Positions 27,664 through 35,159 of a stretch of 64,000 nt of DNA are shown piece after piece. The stretch spans positions 9,057-73,056 of the IMG/VR virus record IMGVR_UViG_3300045010_000308. One strand, written 5' to 3'. A program made the position numbers and the translations under genes. Positions within the stretch are counted from its first letter, which is position 1. Each line of letters begins with the position of its first letter. The notes beneath the pieces were generated by a model. The model was not told the DNA's origin, made no database searches, and saw nothing but the letters and a program-made list of their open reading frames with translations. This DNA is from a virus.

Positions 27664-27672
27664 ACTGTACCA
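27664..27672 (-). promoter_or_regulatory. putative extended -10 promoter TGGTACAGT
   Basis: In an AT-rich gap upstream of the helicase, abutting a 9-bp inverted repeat. Confidence 0.55.
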
Positions 27673-27729
27673 TGTACTAAGCGGATTTGGATGATCTCCA
27701 ACAACATTTTTTCTTAGTACACACAGCGC

Positions 27730-28191
27730 CTACTTGAGCAGCACTCTCGGCACCCAGCCTGTCTTCGCGAGTCGCAGCAGGCCGTGGCGCATCGCGTCGA
27801 GCGCGTGTCCGCCGCCGCCGGTGTGCCAGAAGCCGAGCCGCTTGAGCGCGTCGTTCGTGAAGAGCTTTTTAGCGTCTGACGGCGACTGGAAGTGGATGCT
27901 CTCTGGGTCGAACCCGCCGGCGTGCACGACGTACTTCATGATCCCGATCTGCTCGAGGCTGAACGGAGCCTGCGAGTTCTTGATCGTCTGCGCGTTGATG
28001 ATGAAGCGCTCGCACACGAGCTCGACGACTGAGCCGGCCGCCCTCGCCGCGCGAAGCTCGTCGCTGAGCGCCGCCGCGAACGGGTACGCCGCGAGTTCTT
28101 TCGAGGACACGAGCACCGGCGCCTCTCCAGAGTACGCGATGACAGCGAGGCCCGTCGTCTTGCCCGGGTCGACGGCGATGACTGTTTTCAT
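27730..28191 (-). CDS. RuvC-like Holliday junction resolvase
   Basis: Start ATG 28191: VIAVDPGKTTG, VCERF, QSPSDAK, HALDAMRH. Confidence 0.72.
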   Translation of the reverse strand: MKTVIAVDPGKTTGLAVIAYSGEAPVLVSSKELAAYPFAAALSDELRAARAAGSVVELVCERFIINAQTIKNSQAPFSLEQIGIMKYVVHAGGFDPESIHFQSPSDAKKLFTNDALKRLGFWHTGGGGHALDAMRHGLLRLAKTGWVPRVLLK

Positions 28192-28196
28192 CTGCC

Positions 28197-30020
28197 TCAC
28201 CGCTTGTACTTGTCTCCCCACGTCTCGAGTGGGCCGTCTATCCCGGCGGTCAGCGGCACGTTCCAGCCGTCGGTGGTCGTCATGCACTCTTTGACGGTGC
28301 GCATGATCTCTTGGACGTCGCCGCGCGGCGCGTTGAGCACGATCTCGTCGTGCACGGGGACGATGAGCAGCTCGGTGAGGTCGGCTTGGTCGAGCTTGAC
28401 GAGGTTGGCCTTGAACACCTCTGCCGCGCCTCCCTGGATCAAGTAGTTGACCAGCGTGTACACGCGGTCTTCGTCGCACGGCAGGCGGCGGCCAGTCCAC
28501 GTGTAGACGTAGCCTTGCCCCTCTTCGCGGACACGGCGCATCCCCGCGTCTTCGATCTTGCGCTGGAACTCGACCATTCCTGGGTACCGGCCGTCGAACG
28601 CGTCTGACACGACACGCATCTGCGGCTCGGCGACTCCGGCCGTCAGCGCCTGCTTCGCGACACCGGCGCCGTACAGCCGCCCGTAGACCGTGCCCTTGAT
28701 GAGCGCGCGGCGCTTGTCTGACTTCTGCATCGTCGGGTCTTTGTAGATCTCACGGCCGATCTCGGTGAACGGATCTGAGCCGGTCGCGTCCGCGCGGCTG
28801 AACAGCGCGACGAGGTTGGGGTCGTTCGACATGCTGGCGAACATGCGGAACTCGACCTGGTCGAGGTCCGACGTGACAATCACGTGGTCGTCGTCTTTGG
28901 GCAAGAACGCGCGGCGCACGACGTCGTCGCCTTTCGGCAGCGTCTGAAGCGCGGGATTCTGGATCGACATGCGGCTCGTGCGCGCACCGAGCGTCTTGAC
29001 CGACGGGTGGACGAAGCCGTCGACGTTGTCGTTGATGAAGTTCGAGAAGTACGTGTTCGCGAGCTTGTCGGCCTTGCGTTGCTTGAGGACCGTGTCGGCG
29101 AGGTTCGACACCTCTTCAGCCCCGTTGATCTTGAGCAGCTGAAGCTGGTCTTTCGTGCACGACTTCTGCCCCGTCGGCGTGAACTCGGTGATCTCGGCGC
29201 CGAGGTCCTCGAACAACCGGACGAGCTGCTGGTTGCTGGTGATCGACACGCCGGCGTACCTAGCTTTCGCCCACTCTTTGACCGACGACGTGTACGCGGT
29301 CAGCTCGTCAAACTTCTTCTTCGAGTACTCTAGGTCGACGCGCGCTCCGTTGATCTCCATGCGTGTCACGATCTTGCGCGCCGCCATCTCGAGCTCGTAC
29401 GCGCGGCTGTATTGCTTGCCTGGGCCGCATTTTTCGTAGAACATCTCCCAGAGGCGCATCGTCAAGACCGTGTCGAGCGCGCCGTAGGACCAATACGGCG
29501 AGAAGCCGACCGGGACGGTGCCCCAAGTCCAGCCGTTCTTAGCCAGCTCGACGTCGAGCGTGTCTTGCAGCGCGACCGCGCGCCCGTCGACGTGCAGCGC
29601 CGCGAGGCGCTTGAGAGCGCCTGACCCGAGGGGGTCGATGATGTGCGCCATGATCATCGTGTCGTGCGCACGCCCCCACGGCAGGCTCCACCGCGACTGC
29701 ACGTCGAACCAGCGAGCCTCGAACGCGATGTTGTGGCACACGACCGGCCCGTCGAACTTGTCCATCGCCTCGTAGAACACGCCTGACCACTCCTGCCACG
29801 GGATCGCCCAGCCTCGCTGGGCGTCACCGACCTGCACGAGGCGCAACCGGCCGTGCCACGGCGACAGCGCGTGCTCTCTTGGAGCGCCTGGCAGCTCTCC
29901 GGTCTCTGTGTCGACCGCGATCGCGCCGTGCGGCCGGCGCTCGCTCAGCCACGCGATGAACTGCGACGCCTTCTCGGCCGAGTCGACGAGCGAAAGCTCT
30001 ACGCCCGACAGGTCAGCCAT
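28197..30020 (-). CDS. polA: family A DNA polymerase with 3'-5' exonuclease domain
   Basis: AVDTETG, HNIAFE, YGALD; RTSRMSIQNPALQ, DLDQVEFR (motif A), R..IKGTVYG.LYG (motif B), VHDEI (motif C). Confidence 0.93.
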   Translation of the reverse strand: MADLSGVELSLVDSAEKASQFIAWLSERRPHGAIAVDTETGELPGAPREHALSPWHGRLRLVQVGDAQRGWAIPWQEWSGVFYEAMDKFDGPVVCHNIAFEARWFDVQSRWSLPWGRAHDTMIMAHIIDPLGSGALKRLAALHVDGRAVALQDTLDVELAKNGWTWGTVPVGFSPYWSYGALDTVLTMRLWEMFYEKCGPGKQYSRAYELEMAARKIVTRMEINGARVDLEYSKKKFDELTAYTSSVKEWAKARYAGVSITSNQQLVRLFEDLGAEITEFTPTGQKSCTKDQLQLLKINGAEEVSNLADTVLKQRKADKLANTYFSNFINDNVDGFVHPSVKTLGARTSRMSIQNPALQTLPKGDDVVRRAFLPKDDDHVIVTSDLDQVEFRMFASMSNDPNLVALFSRADATGSDPFTEIGREIYKDPTMQKSDKRRALIKGTVYGRLYGAGVAKQALTAGVAEPQMRVVSDAFDGRYPGMVEFQRKIEDAGMRRVREEGQGYVYTWTGRRLPCDEDRVYTLVNYLIQGGAAEVFKANLVKLDQADLTELLIVPVHDEIVLNAPRGDVQEIMRTVKECMTTTDGWNVPLTAGIDGPLETWGDKYKR

Positions 30021-30498
30021 CGGAATCTCTCTCAGGCACGGCGCTGACTCGCATCCCGCACTTCTCGAGGTACGCGACCACCTCGTGCGGGTTGCGGTGC
30101 GTGTCTGACCCGCGGACGACCATGACGACGCGCGCTACTCCGGAGTTCGAGACCAGCTTCGCGCACTGCATGCACACCGCGCTCGTGACGTACAGCGTCC
30201 CGCCTTCGACCTGCGACCTGTCGACGTACAGCAGCGCGTTGGCCTCCGCGTGGATCGCCGGGCACGCGTCGTACACGTTGTCGAGCGGGGCCTCTCCCCT
30301 CGCTCGCGGGCACCACAGCCCGCACTCGCCGCCTTCAGGCCACGTCGCGGCCGGCCCGTTGTACCCAGTCGCGCAGATGCGCTGGTTGCGAGAGACGACG
30401 GCGGCTCCGACCCGCGCCCGTGAGCAGCGAGACCGCCGCGCCACGGCGCGAGCCACCGCGAGCCACGTGTCGTCCCACGAGGGGCGGTCAGCTCGCAT
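30013..30498 (-). CDS. dCMP deaminase-like protein
   Basis: Start ATG 30498: RPSWDD, RSRCSRARVGA, TGYNG, HAEANAL, VCMQC. Confidence 0.87.
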   Translation of the reverse strand: MRADRPSWDDTWLAVARAVARRSRCSRARVGAAVVSRNQRICATGYNGPAATWPEGGECGLWCPRARGEAPLDNVYDACPAIHAEANALLYVDRSQVEGGTLYVTSAVCMQCAKLVSNSGVARVVMVVRGSDTHRNPHEVVAYLEKCGMRVSAVPERDSDG

Positions 30499-31345
30499 TT
30501 GCCGCGTTTTTTGCGATCGCGCTGCGCATGGCCGACGCGTACCACTTGTCTTCGGCCGGAAGCGCGTCGAACACGGCGGCGTCGTGCGCGGCGTCGAGGC
30601 ACCGGACGGCCCGCGCTCGGACCGCGCTCCATGACGAGCCGACGAGGACCGGGACTGGCTTAGCGGGCTCTTTCGTGTAGGCCAGATTTTCCGCGGCGGC
30701 GAAGTCCGCCTCGTAGACATGCAACGAACCGACGTGGTGGCCGTAGGTCCCCGGCTCGACTCCGAGGATAGACGCGACCGCGATCTGCACGCGTGTGAAC
30801 TGGAAGAAGTCATACGCGGCTCCGAGCCAGACGTCGTTCGAGCGCATGTACACGCTCATGTTGAGCCTGTTCTTGCGGACGCGGAACTGGTGCAGGATCG
30901 TGCACGGGTAGTCGCGCTTCTTCTCGAGCATGTCTCGCTCTGGGTCCCAGATCGTGACTACCGCCTGCCGCGACTCCGGGTCTTTCTTGAGGCGGTCGAT
31001 CATGACCGAGTATTGGCCGTCTGTGCGTGTCCCGTACGACCCGTGGAACTGCCCGTCGTCTTCGGTGTAGTTCGCGAACTGAGGCCCGATGGCGATGACG
31101 GTCTCTGGGCGCGACACGCCGCCGAGCAGCTGGCACGCCTCGACTGCGCCGATGCCTGCGACGACGTTGCGGCCGACGCCGACAGGCAGCGTGTTGTACA
31201 CGTCGTCGATGTAGATGACGGCGTCTTCTATCTCGCGGGTCTGCATGCCGCGTGGCGCCGCCTTCTCACCATGCACGAGGACGTGCCTCACGAGGTCGAC
31301 GTAGCCGTTGACTCCGTCTTGGATCGAGACTACCTTAGTATCCAC
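30488..31345 (-). CDS. thymidylate synthase-fold enzyme of the dCMP-specific type (dCMP hydroxymethylase/hydroxylase-like)
   Basis: YGTR, SRQAV, catalytic DYPCT, MRSNDVWLGAAYD with Asp where dUMP-specific ThyA has Asn, SLHVY. Confidence 0.8.
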   Translation of the reverse strand: MDTKVVSIQDGVNGYVDLVRHVLVHGEKAAPRGMQTREIEDAVIYIDDVYNTLPVGVGRNVVAGIGAVEACQLLGGVSRPETVIAIGPQFANYTEDDGQFHGSYGTRTDGQYSVMIDRLKKDPESRQAVVTIWDPERDMLEKKRDYPCTILHQFRVRKNRLNMSVYMRSNDVWLGAAYDFFQFTRVQIAVASILGVEPGTYGHHVGSLHVYEADFAAAENLAYTKEPAKPVPVLVGSSWSAVRARAVRCLDAAHDAAVFDALPAEDKWYASAMRSAIAKNAANAS

Positions 31346-32340
31346 TTGTCATTCTCCTCTTCTCCCCCCCACGAAAGCCTCTCGATCGCGCGACCGTACT
31401 CCTGCCCGTCGTGGTGGTGAAACCTGCGGACATACTGCGGGTGCGGGACCACGCTGACGTGGCTTCGTGGTATCTCGTCGCAGAGGCCTGCTATGCTTTT
31501 TTCGGCCATGCGCCCGAGAGCGACGACTGGCGGCCTGCCGAGGACGACCCAAAGCGTGCCGAGCATCGAGCTGCACAGCTCAGTTCCGTTGACGATCCCG
31601 ACGGACTTCCAAAACGGGTCTGGCAGGTTAGACAACAGGTAGTCGCCAGAGTTGCCTTTGGCGGGGTAGAAGGGCAAGATCGGCCCGCTGGGGTCGTTTC
31701 GCTTGTCACCGACTAGCAGCACGCGAGGCCGCGGTGAGCCGATGTACATCGGGAACTGAGCGACCGCTCTCGCGAGGTAGTCACGCTCGCGCGCAATCGC
31801 GAGCATGCGCTCTGCCAGCGCAGGCAGCGCGCTCATGTCGTCTGGGTCAGGCGTCAGCACCTCGACGCGAGCCGCTTTCGCGATCCCGCTCATGTACAGC
31901 GCGTGTATCCGCGCGAGCTCGCCGACCTCGACGAAGCCGTCGCCGCGCGCTTCGACGCGGCGCGCTAGAACGCCTGGAGGCTGCATCAAGGCGAACTGCA
32001 CGGCGCCGCGCGACAGCAGCATCAGCTCGACAAGCCGCCAGCCGCCGACCCCGAGCAGGCCGTACTCGTCTGAGCACGTGTGCGGGCGCTTGAGCGGCGC
32101 GTACGTCACCTCGCCCCAGTGCCACCTGTCTGCGATGACGACGTAGCCGTCCGTCCAGTTGACATTTTCGACCGACGCGGCCCACTGGTTCAGCACCCAC
32201 GAGCGAGACTCTTCCTCTGGCTTGCCCATGTGGTAGTGCACGACCTCGCGCTCTGGGTACTTGACCGACGCCTCGTCCAAGAGCGCGTCGACAAGTGAGC
32301 TTTTGCCTGAGCCGTCTGGGCCTTCTACAATGATGAACAT
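31330..32340 (-). CDS. dNMP (thymidylate-type) kinase fused to a UDG-superfamily-like domain
   Basis: IIVEGPDGSGKS, IADRWHWGE.TY; C-terminal VLLVGD..SGDYL..VVALGRMA..PHPQY. Confidence 0.72.
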   Translation of the reverse strand: MFIIVEGPDGSGKSSLVDALLDEASVKYPEREVVHYHMGKPEEESRSWVLNQWAASVENVNWTDGYVVIADRWHWGEVTYAPLKRPHTCSDEYGLLGVGGWRLVELMLLSRGAVQFALMQPPGVLARRVEARGDGFVEVGELARIHALYMSGIAKAARVEVLTPDPDDMSALPALAERMLAIARERDYLARAVAQFPMYIGSPRPRVLLVGDKRNDPSGPILPFYPAKGNSGDYLLSNLPDPFWKSVGIVNGTELCSSMLGTLWVVLGRPPVVALGRMAEKSIAGLCDEIPRSHVSVVPHPQYVRRFHHHDGQEYGRAIERLSWGGEEENDKWILR

Positions 32341-32379
32341 GCGCTGTCTTTCGTCTCTAGCTGTGGCTTGAATATCGTA

Positions 32380-32856
32380 CTACGGAATAAGCTCGACTTT
32401 GTAGACCATCTCGATCCCCTTGTCGACCTGCGCCGCCTCCTCGAGCAGCCGCTGCGCGACGTGCGTCAGGTACTTTGCGCCGCTCGCGTCGTACTTGTAG
32501 AGCGCGTCGAGGACGGCGCTCGGCTCCTCACTGACCTGCGCCCAGTAGCGGTTTTTCTCCGGAAAGATCACCGGCGCGTTGAGCGACGAGCGGCACTCTG
32601 GGCAAGAGACCAGCCGTGACGGAGACTCAAGAGACGAGACACTAACCTCGCTGAGGCCGTACCGCTGGACGAGGTGGCAGGCGGCCGTGTGGTAGATCAC
32701 CGACACGCCGACGCGAGACAAGACGTAAGAGCCGCTCTCAGTGCGGTAGAGCTCGAACTCGATCCAGCGGTTTGCGCCCGGGCGGCTCGACGAGGAGCGA
32801 CCGAGCAGCTTGCCGCTGAACTGCAACGTTCGTGAGCCGTCTTTCACCTGGATCAT
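32380..32856 (-). CDS. hypothetical protein
   Basis: 158 aa with coding-like composition; H..C and CPEC suggest a metal site; TGATACTGT promoter-like motif upstream (32895-32903). Confidence 0.65.
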   Translation of the reverse strand: MIQVKDGSRTLQFSGKLLGRSSSSRPGANRWIEFELYRTESGSYVLSRVGVSVIYHTAACHLVQRYGLSEVSVSSLESPSRLVSCPECRSSLNAPVIFPEKNRYWAQVSEEPSAVLDALYKYDASGAKYLTHVAQRLLEEAAQVDKGIEMVYKVELIP

Positions 32857-32900
32857 GCTGGTCTTTTCTCTATGCGTACAGAACTTACTGCTCTACAGTA

Positions 32901-33080
32901 TCACTTTTCAGCCCGCTTGAGTCGCTCGGCCAGTTCTTTGTTCTTTTCTTGCTCGCGCAAGAGCAGAGCCTCGAGCTCGGTGTTCACGCTCATCATCCGA
33001 TGAAGCTGGCTTCTCGTGATCGAGAGCACCTTGTTGAGGAAGTCTGGGTCGGTCTCAAGCGTGTTTTCGTTGTTGTCCAT
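32901..33080 (-). CDS. small coiled-coil hypothetical protein (59 aa, not in ORF track)
   Basis: MDNNENTLETDPDFLNKVLSITRSQLHRMMSVNTELEALLLREQEKNKELAERLKRAEK; TGGTATGTT 8 nt upstream. Confidence 0.6.
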   Translation of the reverse strand: MDNNENTLETDPDFLNKVLSITRSQLHRMMSVNTELEALLLREQEKNKELAERLKRAEK

Positions 33081-33128
33081 GCGGTTCTAACATACCACGC
33101 GGCCGTCGCTCGGTCGGCGACTTGAGGA

Positions 33129-35159
33129 CTAGCCTTCTTCGAGCGCTTTCAGCCGCGTGTTGAGGTCGCGAACCGCCGAGATCAGGACCGGGACCATCGA
33201 CGTGTAGTCGACGGCCTGGTACTGCGCCCTGCGCCAGACGCCTTCCTCCGTGAACGTGTAGTCACTGTCGGCTCCAAAGGTGACCATCTCTTCTTCCGTG
33301 AACCCGCCTGGGTGCTCGTCGTACCGATAGCACAGGCCTTCTTCGGTCGCCTCTCCGCGTATGGCGTACGGGAACGCCGAAGCGACCTCGTCGGCGATGA
33401 CTCCGACGCCGTATCGGCCGCGCACGGACTCCGGCGCGGTGTCGTTGTACCGAAAGGTGTACGCCCGAGTGCCGTACAAGTTGTCGAGCATCTCTCTTCC
33501 GACCTCGACTACGTCTTCTTTGAGGCGCCTGTCCGACGGGTTCGTCCACGGCACGAAGCCCCGGATCCCCACGTTGTTGTCGACGCACATCACGAGTTGG
33601 CCGCCAGAGAAGCCGCCAACCGGTCCGTTGAGGTAGTTCCAGGAGATGCCCCAGCGCTGGCCTAGGTACACCGGCAAGTTCGGCGTCTCGTACCGCACTC
33701 CCCGAGTAATGAAGGTCGTGGGGCCTACCTGAACCCTGAATATGTCACTCGCGAACTCGATTGCGTTCGGAGCGCTAGCGAGCATGTACCCTGCGCCGAC
33801 AGAGAGCAGCTGCAGCGGGCTCGCGCCGAGTGAGATGATGTCGTTTCCGATGTAGACCTGCGGGTATGCGGAGGCGCTCGAGTCGGCCGACGCCCCGTGG
33901 TGCATGACCAGCCCGTACCCGACGCCCTCGACTGTCAGCGGCGTGATGTGCGCGACGCTCGTCGAGTTCACCTGGAACGACAACGCGTTCGTCGAAGAGC
34001 TCAAGATGACTCGGTTCCCCTCCGACGCGGTCTGCACCGTGCGGCCTGTCAACGTGCCTGACGTGATGTTGTCAGCGTTGATCGTCCCGGCGTAGACGAC
34101 AGATGCGCTCAGCGTGCCTGCTGTGATGTTCCCCGCTGCGACCGTCCCGGCGTAGACGACAGCCGCGCCGAGCGTGCCCGCCGTGATCTTCGAGGCGTCG
34201 ATCACGCCGGCGGCGATGCTCGACGCGATGATGCGCGAAGAGGCGATCGTGCCCGCGGTGATGTTGCCGGCGTCGATGTTCGAGACGGTGATGACACTCG
34301 CGTCGATCGTCCCGGCCGTGATCTTGTTCGCGCTGAGGCTCTGGATCGCGTTGTTCCCGAGGTTGTTCGCGACCCACGACGAGCCGTTCCAGCGGTAGAT
34401 CCTGTTGTCGTCGTCTGTGTCAAACCAGAGGTCGCCGATGGCCGACGCGGTCGGAGCCGACGGCTGCCGGAACACCCTGTTCTTCCCGTCCGCCGTCGTC
34501 TGCGCGGCCGTCGCGGCAGCCTGAGCTACAGAGATCGTGAAATCGCGCACCGACACCCACGACGAGCCGTCCCAGCGCTTGAGGTTGTTGGAGTCTGACG
34601 TGTCGATCCAGAAGTCGCCGGAATCCGGGTTCGCAGGCGCCGTGGGAGACACGCTGCTGTCGATGCCGCCAAGCTCGTCTTGCGCGGCCTCGTCGATGAT
34701 CTCGATCGTGACGGCTCCCGGGGCGAGGATCTCCGTCGTCACCGAGTCCGGTGCGAGGATCTCCGTCGTCACCGAGTCAGGCGCGAGGATCTCTGTCGTC
34801 ACCGAGTCCGGCGCGAGGATCTCTGTCGTCACCGAGTCCGGCGCGAGGATCGCCGTCGTCACCGAGTCAGGAGCGAGGATCTCCGTTGTCACCGAGTCAG
34901 GCGCGAGGATCTGTGTCGTCACCGAGTCCGGTGCGAGGATCTCCGTCGTCACCGAGTCAGGCGCGAGGATCTGTGTCGTCACCGAGTCCGGAGCCAGCTC
35001 GACCGTCGTGATCGCGTTGACGTCGATGATCGCGGTGGTCACAGTCCTCTCCCCGATGCGGCGCGGCGCGGGCCTGCGTGACATGCGCTTGGTGCGCCTG
35101 TCGATCCTGCTGACGTAGTTGCTCAGCCTGCGCAGCGCGCGGCGACGGCTGCTAGCCAC
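33129..35159 (-). CDS. tail fibre with C-terminal intramolecular chaperone (peptidase S74-like) domain
   Basis: APDSVTTEIL repeats, GDLWFDTDD, AxxITAGT repeats, PSDRRLKE cleavage-site motif, VDYTSMVPVLISAVRDL. Confidence 0.82.
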   Translation of the reverse strand: MASSRRRALRRLSNYVSRIDRRTKRMSRRPAPRRIGERTVTTAIIDVNAITTVELAPDSVTTQILAPDSVTTEILAPDSVTTQILAPDSVTTEILAPDSVTTAILAPDSVTTEILAPDSVTTEILAPDSVTTEILAPDSVTTEILAPGAVTIEIIDEAAQDELGGIDSSVSPTAPANPDSGDFWIDTSDSNNLKRWDGSSWVSVRDFTISVAQAAATAAQTTADGKNRVFRQPSAPTASAIGDLWFDTDDDNRIYRWNGSSWVANNLGNNAIQSLSANKITAGTIDASVITVSNIDAGNITAGTIASSRIIASSIAAGVIDASKITAGTLGAAVVYAGTVAAGNITAGTLSASVVYAGTINADNITSGTLTGRTVQTASEGNRVILSSSTNALSFQVNSTSVAHITPLTVEGVGYGLVMHHGASADSSASAYPQVYIGNDIISLGASPLQLLSVGAGYMLASAPNAIEFASDIFRVQVGPTTFITRGVRYETPNLPVYLGQRWGISWNYLNGPVGGFSGGQLVMCVDNNVGIRGFVPWTNPSDRRLKEDVVEVGREMLDNLYGTRAYTFRYNDTAPESVRGRYGVGVIADEVASAFPYAIRGEATEEGLCYRYDEHPGGFTEEEMVTFGADSDYTFTEEGVWRRAQYQAVDYTSMVPVLISAVRDLNTRLKALEEG
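34723..34994. repeat. 30-bp tandem repeat x9 (APDSVTT[E/Q/A]IL)
   Basis: ACCGAGTC recurs every 30 nt from 34741 to 34981. Confidence 0.92.

Noticed and set aside
30488-31345. Annotation as ordinary thymidylate synthase thyA
   Set aside because: The specificity residue is Asp rather than Asn, and the context is a base-modification cluster.
34723-34994. 30-bp repeats as a CRISPR array, and the Cas4-like gene as a cas gene
   Set aside because: The repeats are contiguous with no spacers and are in-frame coding. The Cas4-like nuclease sits in a Sak4/SSB recombination module with no other cas genes.
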